From a virus, in the IMG/VR virus record IMGVR_UViG_3300032213_002454, positions 2,348-66,347 of that record: a DNA stretch of 64,000 nt; one strand, written 5' to 3'. Below, one piece after another: positions 11,101 to 21,037 of the stretch. The notes under the pieces were generated by a model. The model was not told where the DNA came from, did not search any database, and worked only from the letters and a program-made list of their open reading frames with translations. Position 1 is the first letter of the stretch; every line of letters begins with the position of its first letter. A program made the translations under genes and the position numbers.

Positions 11101-13234
11101 CTTGGTATTTTTGATTTCTTTTTTGTTCATTACCGCTATAATCTTCAGGATTTAAAAAACAAAAATATGTTGGTCCAACAGGTGCAGGATTGGTATATCC
11201 ACCTTGTTCTATTTGGTCACCACTATTGTCATAATTACAATTATTCACATTTACCGCATTTCCATAAAAATCATTGGAATTGATGTCGGCCAATTGTGAA
11301 CCACTACTTCTTGAATTTACGGTATATTTACCAATTTTAGTACTTTGGGTTCCACCACCACCAAATATACCACCTTGTATTTCTTCTGTCTCAATGTCAG
11401 GTATATCACAAGGACAAGCTTCACAGTCTGGATATGACATCATAGGTAAAGTTAAACCTTTAAAGTTAAACTTGGTTAACATCGGTGATACTTTAATTGC
11501 AAATAACACAGCTGCGGCCGCAAAAATTAATGCGACTGCGGCGTATAATACTATTAGACCAACAGCCGGGAATGCCACTGCCGCCGCAATACCATATTGA
11601 ATCGCAAAGTATAATAACAAACCAGGGAAAACTATAGCTATAACCCATTTTAATATTGGCCAAACAAGCGATAATAAGTGAAGAACAGGTATAAGTGCAA
11701 CAAATATTGGACTAAAAATTGTAACAAGTAAATTAAATAAGAAAAATATAAAATCAAAATTTCTAACACCATCGTTAACCGGAAATCTGTTTGTGGTTGT
11801 GGTACATCTTCTATCTGTTATTTCTTTTATACCTAAATGTCTACTTCTATTAAACCCCCACTTCCATCTGTCTATAAAGTTTGCAATTGTATAAACTTTA
11901 TTATAATTCATTTCATAAAAACGGTCTTCACAATTAATAGCCTCTTGTATCATCTGTTGACCTATTGATGTTGTAGAATCACCATAATCATCCCAATCCA
12001 AACTGAACGCATATGATTTAAGTTGTGCTGCTGAACCTGTTGGTGGATTTATACCTGTCCACCCCCACTCTTTTATGTTGGGAACTAAATAGTCAGCCCT
12101 TAAAATATCATTATTTAAACCATTTTCATTTTGGTACTGTATTCTAAATCTATATTTACCCTTTGTTGGAATACCAACCGCAGGGTCATTTGACAAAATT
12201 TGTTCTCCAAATTCATTAGTGGTAACAAAATCTAAATTCATTGGTACTTCCACCAACCATGTACCATTATCATCAATTACTTTACCTCCTTCAGGAAGTG
12301 AAAATTGTTCTAATATTGGTCTACCATTAACATCATAATTAATTGTTTGTCTAAGTGCCAATATTGTTCCTCCGGCAGTTACTAAGTCACAAAGATTTCC
12401 TGAATCTTTTTTTGGTTTACAATTTGTTTTAAGAAAATCTTCTTCAGCTGTTGAAAATATTGACCCCATAAATATCGCATGAGGTTTAATATCTATACCA
12501 AAATCTCTTAAATCAAAATCCGCTCTTGTTATACCGATGTTACATAAATCAGTTTCACCCCAAAATGAAGTAACATCTATATTGTTTTTAATATTTACTA
12601 ACTGCGGTAAAGACCCCAAATCTGTTGACGATTTAAATTGGTCCCCATTAAATTGTTCGGGACCTGCAAGTCCTGCCCTTATGAAATCTGATGGTCTGAG
12701 TGAGAAACACCCAATGTTAGATAAATCAACGTCTAAAACTAATGTTTGAATACCGAGAGGTGCTCCTACAATCATAAAGTCACCACTTTCATTTGTTTTT
12801 ACTGTAAACTTGAAGTATTTTTCATAAACTTCCAATACTTCAGTTCTTTTAAGTACATCTTCTCTATCAGGAAAAGTTCCTGTGGGTACATGTCCATCGT
12901 ATTCTTTTCTATAGGGAAGAAGATTGTATCTATAACCGTCTTCGTTTTTTTCATCTACGTTTTTATAAGGATATAGGGTTGAAATTACGGGGTCATTTTC
13001 ATCTATTTCATCTAAAGGTACAAATATTGAAACATTAGCGTTCGGAACTCCGTACCCTCCGTTGACAATAACTCGGCCGGCAACTACACCATAGTCGGCA
13101 CAAAAACGTGTATATACATCTTCTTGTCTTAGTTTTAAAGACAAAATTTCTAAAAAATCAAAATCTTGGTTTATGTCGACTCTGACGTTTCGGTCTGTTC
13201 CTATGGAGGTTCTTATTCTATAGCTTTTGCTCAT
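8177..13234 (-). CDS. Large virion protein with N-terminal carboxypeptidase-regulatory-like beta-sandwich and central multi-TM hydrophobic segment
   Basis: 1685 aa; GVVAGRVIVNGGYGVPNANVSIF...TNESGDFMIVGAPLG; ~88-aa hydrophobic stretch followed by CEACPC. Confidence 0.55.
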   Translation of the reverse strand: MSKSYRIRTSIGTDRNVRVDINQDFDFLEILSLKLRQEDVYTRFCADYGVVAGRVIVNGGYGVPNANVSIFVPLDEIDENDPVISTLYPYKNVDEKNEDGYRYNLLPYRKEYDGHVPTGTFPDREDVLKRTEVLEVYEKYFKFTVKTNESGDFMIVGAPLGIQTLVLDVDLSNIGCFSLRPSDFIRAGLAGPEQFNGDQFKSSTDLGSLPQLVNIKNNIDVTSFWGETDLCNIGITRADFDLRDFGIDIKPHAIFMGSIFSTAEEDFLKTNCKPKKDSGNLCDLVTAGGTILALRQTINYDVNGRPILEQFSLPEGGKVIDDNGTWLVEVPMNLDFVTTNEFGEQILSNDPAVGIPTKGKYRFRIQYQNENGLNNDILRADYLVPNIKEWGWTGINPPTGSAAQLKSYAFSLDWDDYGDSTTSIGQQMIQEAINCEDRFYEMNYNKVYTIANFIDRWKWGFNRSRHLGIKEITDRRCTTTTNRFPVNDGVRNFDFIFFLFNLLVTIFSPIFVALIPVLHLLSLVWPILKWVIAIVFPGLLLYFAIQYGIAAAVAFPAVGLIVLYAAVALIFAAAAVLFAIKVSPMLTKFNFKGLTLPMMSYPDCEACPCDIPDIETEEIQGGIFGGGGTQSTKIGKYTVNSRSSGSQLADINSNDFYGNAVNVNNCNYDNSGDQIEQGGYTNPAPVGPTYFCFLNPEDYSGNEQKRNQKYQADSYGIRYGIAGYPTAPEIGMPIVNNYSGDKFIIQRDVPYSQSLNLANLKARYFDSTAPNIIQTTINGSAPIFDNMLILLVDQGVSSQLSSGSIVTFNDPTNITDINISGLTNQNQFGSNSITGTSTTALTQTNITFANPTNGNIQTVSVALSGTSAEKQYEFKTGMEYFQVITGMTTYQADLLALGTKISQVPNPANHGDTSSLLRKYFLNKRQLIYYKDANGSNGTDRTELINPLTLIGETWKNLEIIFLVRGVDMYSDPQNITYDLSKLFGHPSFNGSVKVNGNFNLNVPVQPNSNNTTFVTNAKSPESHDSIMVPYSTSKLYHQPYNFQVDNSLFSAVTSTAIRFYSSMDKSRGINYTSAGGLGIGQYTNGGVVNDNGNSTQKLRFFGTTYQGNVEGGSLMAQSLQANSQPNTTVNSLSSYNGRNYSPAYHVTDSSLFVSISGPNPKLVMRSDRLPTSDKTQVFGGISHLLHQNDNFGIYVLNTSGPLSTFAMQPTDTTNNAQDLSPDGPPTQASSVLSTFDCAGMVPLKCYEVDPVTNSFTVETPCPDNENPVRVKSGCYQFIQKPYLVSIGKDLQNFSEWKSRFRMMFGACRGIFSHVFQNNWVNGSLYMYSFKKQTTFSIIGQPKKYKFCGTYDSTTRPGQGPIFYTSGSTNSFFYRATPYNGTDFVGQIPQQGTFTNPTIQPVNFDAVNDRNIMFPTTIMDLGPRDEFTQQICANPQFQGYIIDLIKSTSYQDTSDLLQLFIISRLINTNFLSQLVGLGDASINKMFSRTGDRLDGDITQLFSINSEFGVAGFSEDEYDGTGDVYISTSGPATLGVFFTSSTENRIVVSPGITTFTPQLTNFYGFPKTQEVPFYQWQLNQQQVPTIFGSDTNNWNTNLIGTGFYKQKYQALSFSQAPFSQYFNNLNTGKRGYIYNSTPAGATDESFPQGQSISFLVGAPYHFYFGLNVGKTSINTYIKKYILNQDV

Positions 13235-13306
13235 CTACCTTTTGAAAATAAATAGTTATGTTACTTATTTTCTATATTAACACAGTTCAACTAAAAATAA
13301 ATAAAG

Positions 13307-15145
13307 TTAGATGAAGTCTACTGTTTTTAAGTTCTTAACTCGAACTTTTATGTCTTTATTATTAAATCTGATTTGATAGATTTGCGTTGGTTCCGCAAAT
13401 ATTGTGTCATCAATTAATTGTATTTCTTTTGTTGCCGTATCAACGTATCTTTGTGAAGTTTCAGATGTCGAATATAAACCTCCTACCTTATTGTATACTT
13501 TTAAATCTGATAAAGTAGTAACTCCAGCAGTATTTTGAATTAATCTTCTTACATCTGAAATATTAACATTTTGACCTAACTCTCTATTCTCAGGAGACAT
13601 ATAGTTTGAAACTTCATTTATAATTTGAGTGATAACTTGACCTTGGCTTCTATCAGACTCTAAAACAACAAATATATCAAACTCCAAATCAATTACTTTT
13701 GCAACATCAATAGAAATATAGTCATTAATCATTCTGTATTTTGACAAGTAAGTCGCCAAATTACTTTTTAGATTATTAGATACGACTTGTGTTAATTTAC
13801 CACTATCGTCGTAAGATAGTATTTGAATTGTTATTTTGTTATTGTTTTCTGTGATTGCAACTTTTGCAGGTGCACCAAACCTACCTGGCATCGTATCAAT
13901 AATTGATTTATAATCATTAATAGTTACGGCTCTTTTTTGTGCAGCAAAATTGAAACTTACCATGTTTCTAACTTCTTCAGTTGACGGTGGATTTGAACCT
14001 CCAATTGCTGCGGTAACATTATTACTTTTTAATGAATTAACCACATTTGCGTTAATTGTGGCGGATGGTCCGTTTACTGCAAAATCTATAGTACCCACTT
14101 GATTTATTACGCCAACCCCTACGTTTGAAGCAAGTCCACCACCTATTCTATATTGTACAAAAATTGTTGTGTTTGGTTGTACAGTTAATCCTAAACCAAT
14201 ATTGTTTTGATAATTTGCCAAATCAAGTCTAATACCATCTCTTGCAAATTTTTCAAGTTGTTGATTAGGTGTTGTGGTACCTCCTCCAAATTGTAACTTC
14301 ATAAAACCTTCGGGTGTGTATTCAGTTACAAATCTATTGTCAGTTTTAATATACGTACCAACTTTAACCCCTGCGTTATCTGTAGGTTTGGTAGTATCTT
14401 CTATGAATACGGTGTCTTCTGCCAATGCGTCAACCTCATACCACTTATTTGTTGAAGTGACAAAGTCTTGGTAACCAGGTACGTTAGGATAACTTGTACC
14501 ATCTTTTTGAATGACTCCGGTTACGCCTAATACATTTCTTTCAGGTAGAAAAAAGTTAAAAAACGGTACAACATCAGTGGGATTTATTACCCTTTTAAAT
14601 ACTTTAGTTGTTCCATTAACAACTACTTCTCTTTTTGTAATAATGTAGTTTATAATTTTATTATTAGCGTCAAATGTTGGTATTTTAGTTCTATTAACAA
14701 AACCTTCCTGATTATATTGTGTTGAGAAATCAATATCATATACAGTTTCAAATGTGGTTCCTCCTCCATTAAACTGCGAGCCTGCCCTTAAAATACCTAA
14801 ATATCTATAGTCTTCACTATCTCCAAGTGGTGGGACAGTAATAGAAAAATCAACTACAGCAACAGATGGTCTAAATCCAGGTATTTTTAATCCATAAGTT
14901 CTTGCAATATTAAAAATTGAAGACCGTTGTTGTGCATATTGTAATACTGTTTCTTGAATACTTCTATCCATATGAAAATGTAGATTGTCCGCAACAGCCG
15001 CGTTCAAATCCATTAAAACTGAAAATATCGAGGCATCATTAAAGTTTTGTACTAAATCGGGGTAATATTGTTTTGTATAATCAATTAATCCCTGTCTAAT
15101 CGATTCAAAATCTCTAGAAGTGTAATTTATTTTATTATTAGCCAT
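13307..15145 (-). CDS. Baseplate wedge subunit, T4 gp6-like
   Basis: INYTSRDFESIRQGLIDY N-terminus; GG..PPSTEEVR...FAAQKRAVTINDY motif; follows gp25-like gene. Confidence 0.85.
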   Translation of the reverse strand: MANNKINYTSRDFESIRQGLIDYTKQYYPDLVQNFNDASIFSVLMDLNAAVADNLHFHMDRSIQETVLQYAQQRSSIFNIARTYGLKIPGFRPSVAVVDFSITVPPLGDSEDYRYLGILRAGSQFNGGGTTFETVYDIDFSTQYNQEGFVNRTKIPTFDANNKIINYIITKREVVVNGTTKVFKRVINPTDVVPFFNFFLPERNVLGVTGVIQKDGTSYPNVPGYQDFVTSTNKWYEVDALAEDTVFIEDTTKPTDNAGVKVGTYIKTDNRFVTEYTPEGFMKLQFGGGTTTPNQQLEKFARDGIRLDLANYQNNIGLGLTVQPNTTIFVQYRIGGGLASNVGVGVINQVGTIDFAVNGPSATINANVVNSLKSNNVTAAIGGSNPPSTEEVRNMVSFNFAAQKRAVTINDYKSIIDTMPGRFGAPAKVAITENNNKITIQILSYDDSGKLTQVVSNNLKSNLATYLSKYRMINDYISIDVAKVIDLEFDIFVVLESDRSQGQVITQIINEVSNYMSPENRELGQNVNISDVRRLIQNTAGVTTLSDLKVYNKVGGLYSTSETSQRYVDTATKEIQLIDDTIFAEPTQIYQIRFNNKDIKVRVKNLKTVDFI

Positions 15146-15146
15146 A

Positions 15147-15689
15147 TTATATATTAATTATTACAAAGTTTCTACTTCCAAATGCAGATGACTCATCTAT
15201 GTATTCTATTTTTATTTTTGCAGTATAATCTGCAGTATTTGGGCCAGGTATTCTAATTATATCATATTGAGCACTTTCTTTGTCTGTAAGTGTTTCACCC
15301 TTCTCAAGTAGTTCAAAAAACTCACCTGTACTAACAAAATCTTTAGGATTATAAGCAAGTCTTGGTCTAGGTTCTTGAGCGTCAGGTACTTCAGTATATG
15401 GTGTGATTGATATATTAGTAATGGTAAGATTTGGTATGTAAGTTCTTACTTGTTCGTAAATTTCATCTTTCATCGCATTAAACGTTTGAGCGTCCAATGG
15501 TTCAAAAATAAATTCATATAGTCTTGTTCCAAAATCAGGTAAATAATATCTTGTTCCTCTTCTTGTCAACAATAAATGTAGTAAGTTACTTTTTATTTCA
15601 TCTTCAGTATTTTCTGTTGCCCTTACATAACTACCGACAGGACTTTTTAAAAAAGGAAAATGTAAACCATATGTAATTCCGTTTGCCAT
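15147..15689 (-). CDS. Baseplate wedge/sheath initiator, gp25-like
   Basis: EIKSNLLHLLLTRRGTRYYLPDFGTRLYEFIFEP is a typical GPW/gp25 signature. Confidence 0.88.
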   Translation of the reverse strand: MANGITYGLHFPFLKSPVGSYVRATENTEDEIKSNLLHLLLTRRGTRYYLPDFGTRLYEFIFEPLDAQTFNAMKDEIYEQVRTYIPNLTITNISITPYTEVPDAQEPRPRLAYNPKDFVSTGEFFELLEKGETLTDKESAQYDIIRIPGPNTADYTAKIKIEYIDESSAFGSRNFVIINI

Positions 15690-15694
15690 ATTAC

Positions 15695-15727
15695 ATAAAT
15701 ATAGTGTCGTGATATTTTCAATAAATA
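15695..15727 (-). promoter_or_regulatory. Two tandem TATTTAT putative late-promoter motifs upstream of gp25/gp6 operon
   Basis: ATAAATA on + strand at 15695-15701 and 15721-15727, just downstream of the nrdA terminator. Confidence 0.55.
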
Positions 15728-15737
15728 GTTATTAAAT

Positions 15738-15764
15738 AAAAAATCCCAACGTTATGTTGGGATT
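15738..15764 (-). terminator. Rho-independent terminator after nrdA
   Basis: AATCCCAAC-gttat-GTTGGGATT 9-bp stem followed by a U6 tract on minus strand. Confidence 0.85.
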
Positions 15765-15771
15765 ATTAGAT

Positions 15772-18192
15772 TTAAGATGAACATCCAAAACACTCAAACT
15801 CAGAGTCCTCGGGTCTTGTTGGTAAAACACCTTCTTTTAATATTCTGTCAGGTGGTGGAGGTGGAGTTTGTTTTTTTGTCATATCTAATGCCAAATGTTT
15901 TGCCCCTGTTGATATTGCCTTTGTTCTAACATAGTAACACAACGTTTTAAGACCACTTTCCCAACCATGGAAATGTGATGAAGTAATTTTAGACAACGTT
16001 GGGTTTGACATGTAAATATTCATAGACTGTGATTGGTCGATAAATGGTGCTCGTTCCGCCGCCATATCAATAAGTTGTTTTTGTGAAATTTCCCAAATTG
16101 TTTTGTACTTAGGTATTAAGTGTTCAATTCGTTTAACTTTCTTATTGTAATTTTTATCCTCGGTATCCAAATAATTATTGAAATTAATATTTTGAATAGA
16201 ACCTTCATTCATTATAATTTCATTTTTTAAATCTTCTGACCAAATACCGATTTTTTCAAAGTCGTTTATAAGATACTTGTTTACAATCATAATCTCACCA
16301 CCAACAACCCTTCTATTGAATAGTGCGGAATGTGCGGGTTCAGTCATTTCAAATGAACCTGTAATTTTAGCAGAAGACGCAACAGGCATTTGAGCGGTAA
16401 ATAAAGAATTACATACTCCGTACTTTCCTACATTTTCTTTCAATGTTTTCCAATCCCACATTCCTGATAAATTATCTTCTTTGAACCCCCACATGTCGTA
16501 TTGAAATACTCCTTTTGACATTGGCGACCCATTAAAAAATTCATACGGTTTGTATTTACCCTCAATACAAAGTTGGTTACTTTCATAAATTGCAGCGTAA
16601 TAAATTGTTTCAAAAATTTCTTTGTTTAATTTTTTTGCTTCTTCTGATGTGAAGATATAATCCATTAAATAAAATACATCCGCTAATCCTTGAGTGCCAA
16701 TCGCAATCGCTCTTTGTTCAAGACCTCCTTTCAACCCTTTTTTGGTTGAGTAGTTGTTAACATCTACAACTTTATTTAAAGCTCTAACAACTTTTTTTAC
16801 CTCGTTAAATAATTTTTCAAAATCAAATTTATTTCCATTAACAAAGTTTTTTAAAACCATTGACGATAATGTACAAATAGCCGTTGTGTTTTCATCTGTA
16901 TATTGATAGATTTCATTACAAAGGTTTGATTGTTTAATAACTCCAATATTTTGATGATTAGTTTTTTTATTTGCACTGTCCTTTGAACACAAGTAAGGTA
17001 CTCCCGTTTCTACTTGAGACTCTATAATTTTAGTCCAAATACTTTGGGCTGAAACTTTTTTACCTAAACCTAACTGAACTGCGTTTTTATAGACCTCTTC
17101 GTACTCATCACCATAACATTCTTGTAACGGTTTTAACCCAGCTCTTTTAATGTCGTTAGGACAAAACAAGTACCAATCATCATTATTTTTTACCGCCCTC
17201 ATAAAATTATCAGGTATCCAAAGAGCAGTAAATAAATCACGAGCTCTCAATTCTTCTGCACCTGTGTTCTTTTTGATATCAAGTAAATCAAAAATATCTT
17301 TGTGCCATGGTTCCAAATAAATCGCAGCAGAGCCAGGTCTTCTTCCTTGTTGATTAAAAAATCTTAATGACTCATTAACAATTTTAAGATATTTTAATAA
17401 TCCACCAGCAAATCCACCTGAAGTTGAAATTCTACTTTCTTTACTTCTAATGTTAGACATCGATAAACCAATTCCAGCAGCATCAGAAGAAAAGGTAGAT
17501 ATATCATTTAAAGTCCCCAACAAACCTTGTCTTGAATCGGAATCATTGTAGTGTAAAACACAAGATGCCAATTGAGGGACTTTTGTTCCTGAATTAATCA
17601 TTATAGGTGTTGCCTTTGAAATTAATTGTCTGGATAGTGACTTGTAGTATTCAACCGCATCTTCAAAAGTGTCCGTAACCCAAAGCGCAACTCTCATATA
17701 CATGTGTTGTGGTCTTTCAATTACTTTACCGTTTGGTTTTTTTAACAAATACATTTCTTGTAGTGACCTCCAAGCAAAATAGTCAAAATTGTAATCGTTA
17801 TCGTGATTGATTACTGCATCTATCAAATTTTCACCATATCTATCAATTTTTTCAATTAAATCTTCGTGGATTATACCGTCTGAATATAATTCTTTCATAG
17901 TTTGTGAAAAACTATCAAGTGTTTCTTTATGATATGATGATATGGCCACTGACGACGCCAATCTAGAATAATCATGGTGACTACCTGTGTACGCGGCCGC
18001 AATTTCATAGATTAACTTATCTAATTCTTTTGTTGTGACTTCACCTTCGGTAGGTACTGAAGTAATTACTTTAATAAAAATTTCATCTGAGTTTACGTTT
18101 AAACCTTTTGCTGAACGTTTTACTCTATTGTAAATTTTTTGTGGATTAAAGGCGACATTCTCCTCACCTCTTTTAATAATTTTTAATGACAT
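15772..18192 (-). CDS. nrdA: Ribonucleotide reductase class Ia alpha subunit (ATP cone)
   Basis: N-terminal ATP cone, SCVL, SNLCNEI catalytic motif, MPVASSA, KTLCYYVR, C-terminal CFGCSS. Confidence 0.97.
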   Translation of the reverse strand: MSLKIIKRGEENVAFNPQKIYNRVKRSAKGLNVNSDEIFIKVITSVPTEGEVTTKELDKLIYEIAAAYTGSHHDYSRLASSVAISSYHKETLDSFSQTMKELYSDGIIHEDLIEKIDRYGENLIDAVINHDNDYNFDYFAWRSLQEMYLLKKPNGKVIERPQHMYMRVALWVTDTFEDAVEYYKSLSRQLISKATPIMINSGTKVPQLASCVLHYNDSDSRQGLLGTLNDISTFSSDAAGIGLSMSNIRSKESRISTSGGFAGGLLKYLKIVNESLRFFNQQGRRPGSAAIYLEPWHKDIFDLLDIKKNTGAEELRARDLFTALWIPDNFMRAVKNNDDWYLFCPNDIKRAGLKPLQECYGDEYEEVYKNAVQLGLGKKVSAQSIWTKIIESQVETGVPYLCSKDSANKKTNHQNIGVIKQSNLCNEIYQYTDENTTAICTLSSMVLKNFVNGNKFDFEKLFNEVKKVVRALNKVVDVNNYSTKKGLKGGLEQRAIAIGTQGLADVFYLMDYIFTSEEAKKLNKEIFETIYYAAIYESNQLCIEGKYKPYEFFNGSPMSKGVFQYDMWGFKEDNLSGMWDWKTLKENVGKYGVCNSLFTAQMPVASSAKITGSFEMTEPAHSALFNRRVVGGEIMIVNKYLINDFEKIGIWSEDLKNEIIMNEGSIQNINFNNYLDTEDKNYNKKVKRIEHLIPKYKTIWEISQKQLIDMAAERAPFIDQSQSMNIYMSNPTLSKITSSHFHGWESGLKTLCYYVRTKAISTGAKHLALDMTKKQTPPPPPDRILKEGVLPTRPEDSEFECFGCSS

Positions 18193-18202
18193 AATTTATA
18201 AT

Positions 18203-19150
18203 TTAGAAATCTTCTGTAAATGTTATTGTTTCGTTCAATTTTGCTTTTTGATACTCTACCGTTCTGGACTCAAAGAAATTTCCTTTTGTTTCAACCGCAA
18301 TCTGTTCCATGAATTTAAACGGTTGTTCCACGTTAAATTCTTTACTACATCCCATCTTAACCAACAAACCATCAACAACAAACTCCAAATATTGTTTCAT
18401 TAGGTTTGAGTTCATACCAATTAAAGACACTGGAAGTGACTCAGTGATAAATTCTTTTTCAATTTCTAAAGCTGAGAGTAGAATTTCTTTGATTCTTTTT
18501 TCTGATGGTCTTTCTTCTAAGTGATTATTTAATAAGTGAATTGCAAAATCACAATGTAAGTTTTCATCTTTAAAGATAAGTGAGTTAGCATTACATAGTC
18601 CTTGCATAATTCCTCTTGATTTCATCCAAAAAATAGAACAAAAAGAACCTGAAAAGAAAATACCTTCGACAGCCGCAAACGCAACTAATCTTTCTGCAAA
18701 TGATGCATTTTCAATCCATTCTAATGCCCATTTTGCTTTCTTTTGAACTGCAGGTAATCTATCAATCGCGTTGAAACACTCGTCTTTTTCTTTTGCGTTT
18801 GAAATGTAAGTATCAATCAACAAAGAATACATTAATGAATGAATATTTTCCATAGCAAGTTGGAATCCATAAAAGAATTTTGCTTCAGGATATTGAACCT
18901 CGCGATAAAAGTTTTCTGCCAAATTTTCATTTACAATACCATCTGAAGCCGCGAAAAACGACAATACATTCTTGATAAAGAATTTTTCATTCTCTGTTAA
19001 ATTTTCCCAATCTCTAATATCGTTGGTTAAATCGACTTCTTCTGCGGTCCAAAACGCGGCTTGGTGTTGTTTGTAGTATTCCCAAATGTCGTTATGTTCG
19101 ATTGGGAAGATGACAAAACGTCCAGGATTTTCTGTTAATATTTTTTCCAT
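18203..19150 (-). CDS. nrdB: Ribonucleotide reductase class Ia beta subunit
   Basis: [54 protein letters not shown]. Confidence 0.97.
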   Translation of the reverse strand: MEKILTENPGRFVIFPIEHNDIWEYYKQHQAAFWTAEEVDLTNDIRDWENLTENEKFFIKNVLSFFAASDGIVNENLAENFYREVQYPEAKFFYGFQLAMENIHSLMYSLLIDTYISNAKEKDECFNAIDRLPAVQKKAKWALEWIENASFAERLVAFAAVEGIFFSGSFCSIFWMKSRGIMQGLCNANSLIFKDENLHCDFAIHLLNNHLEERPSEKRIKEILLSALEIEKEFITESLPVSLIGMNSNLMKQYLEFVVDGLLVKMGCSKEFNVEQPFKFMEQIAVETKGNFFESRTVEYQKAKLNETITFTEDF

Positions 19151-19162
19151 AGTTTAATTAAA

Positions 19163-20542
19163 TTAAGATTGTTGTTCTTTTAACCTCTTTTTTTCTAAGA
19201 GTTCTTTTACACGATTTTTGTTTCTTTCTTCTTTTTGTTCTTCCAAACCTAAGAAAGTCATACTTTGTTCTGTGTCTATTTCTAACATTGCATTATCAAA
19301 CTTACAGTTTTCAAATACAATTCCGTCTTTGCCAATTCTTGACTTTGTTATGGCAATTGTTGCTAAGTTCATTTCTTTTTGTTGTAAACTTTTTGCAACT
19401 GTAATAATTACGTGACCCACTTGTGCTTTTTTGATTGAGCCACCCATTTGGTCTGTGGTGACAACTTCAGATGATATCGAGTTACGATTGCCTTGGGTTG
19501 CTGTCCATCCTGCGATATCTAATTCATGACACATAGCTTCAAATGCCCTCATGACTGACCCCTCACTTTTCCATTCATCACCTAACATTTTATCAGGTAC
19601 AACACAATCAATATAATCCAAAATAATCATATCAACTTTGTTCCCTTCAGCAATCATTTTTCTAACTTGATTTTTAATTTGGTTCATAGTGACTGTATCT
19701 GAAGGTAACTTTTTCAATATTAATTTATTTTTTCTTGTAGATTGGATGTGTCTAACTTTTTCGATAACATCTTCTCTATTTTCAGTTAAATCGTCAGGGT
19801 GCATTCCAGTCCAAAGAGTAATATGTTTTCTTTGAATAATTTTTGGGTTGTCTTCAAAAAATATTTGTAAAACACTATACCCCAAGTTAAATGCGTGATT
19901 AGCAATTTTAGTAGTAAAAGTTGACTTACCTACACCTGTGGGTGCTAAGATAACACCAATTTCTCCTTTTGCCAAACCTCCTCTCAATAAATTATCAATA
20001 CCAGGCACTCCAATTGGAATTGGGTGTCTGTAATCATCATCTAAAACTTCATCTAAGTTAAAAAATACATCGGTAGTCCCTTTATCAACCTCACCAACTT
20101 GTAATGCCCCTCTAACCATTTCCTCTAAGTGGTCATAACTTTCAAAATCACCCTTATCAATAATTGATTGAGCTTTAGTCATAACCTTCTGTAATTCTTG
20201 TTGTTTACAGAATTTTAATGATTTTTCTTGAACGAAAGAAGAACCTTCATCAGAAACATTTTTTACTTGTTCAATAGTATCTAAAATACTTTTTTGAGCC
20301 ATCGGTGAAGAAATTTCTGATTTTGTAAGTTGTTCTAACGTATCAAAAGTTGGGGCGTGCTCATATTTTGAATAGTATTCTTTTACCATTTGGCAAATGA
20401 TTCGAAAATACTGATTATCGAAATAATGAGGGTCGATTACTTCTAATATTGAATTAGAAAAATCTTTATAAAGAATGATATTATTAAGTAGTTGAATTTG
20501 AAATTTATTACCAAGATATCCAAAGTTTTTTTTGTCTGACAT
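19163..20542 (-). CDS. dnaB: Replicative DnaB/gp41-like helicase
   Basis: Walker A APTGVGKS, IILDYID, TATQGNR, KSRIG. Confidence 0.9.
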   Translation of the reverse strand: MSDKKNFGYLGNKFQIQLLNNIILYKDFSNSILEVIDPHYFDNQYFRIICQMVKEYYSKYEHAPTFDTLEQLTKSEISSPMAQKSILDTIEQVKNVSDEGSSFVQEKSLKFCKQQELQKVMTKAQSIIDKGDFESYDHLEEMVRGALQVGEVDKGTTDVFFNLDEVLDDDYRHPIPIGVPGIDNLLRGGLAKGEIGVILAPTGVGKSTFTTKIANHAFNLGYSVLQIFFEDNPKIIQRKHITLWTGMHPDDLTENREDVIEKVRHIQSTRKNKLILKKLPSDTVTMNQIKNQVRKMIAEGNKVDMIILDYIDCVVPDKMLGDEWKSEGSVMRAFEAMCHELDIAGWTATQGNRNSISSEVVTTDQMGGSIKKAQVGHVIITVAKSLQQKEMNLATIAITKSRIGKDGIVFENCKFDNAMLEIDTEQSMTFLGLEEQKEERNKNRVKELLEKKRLKEQQS

Positions 20543-20577
20543 GTGATTTAATTTATGTGATTTTTCAATAAATACTA

Positions 20578-21030
20578 TTAGACTAAGGAATAATTTAGGT
20601 AGTTATGAGATAATTTTTTTGATGAAAAAATGTCAGTCAACTCCTTTAGTATTGTTTTTATGGATGGCCTAACGTCTAGGGTATATCTTACCTTTGGTGG
20701 GTACAATTTAGCATCTATAATACTATGACAAATTGTCTCATTTCCAACCTTTAAAATAATGTTAAATATTTCAGTCCCATCGGTATTTGAAGTGTTTAAA
20801 ACTGTTTGGTCTTCTTCTATTTGGTATCTATTTTCCAACATATAGAATACTGACTTGTTTCTAAGTTTGGTTTCTAATTCTGTTCTTAAACTTTTAATGT
20901 AATTCATTAACTCAACACTACCTTTAGCGTTTGTGTTAAATCCTTTTACATTAAAAAACCTTTGTACTACGAAATTATTGTTCAAAGTAATTAAAAACTC
21001 AACTTTAGTTATGTCATTTGAATCTTTCAT
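20578..21030 (-). CDS. Hypothetical protein
   Basis: 150 aa ORF in the replication operon, closely packed. Confidence 0.6.
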   Translation of the reverse strand: MKDSNDITKVEFLITLNNNFVVQRFFNVKGFNTNAKGSVELMNYIKSLRTELETKLRNKSVFYMLENRYQIEEDQTVLNTSNTDGTEIFNIILKVGNETICHSIIDAKLYPPKVRYTLDVRPSIKTILKELTDIFSSKKLSHNYLNYSLV

Positions 21031-21037
21031 AATTTTT

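Noticed and set aside
15772-19150. Eukaryotic giant-virus origin suggested by eukaryote-like RNR, PolB and SNF2
   Set aside because: Contractile tail genes, bacterial promoters and terminators, and translational coupling indicate a bacteriophage.
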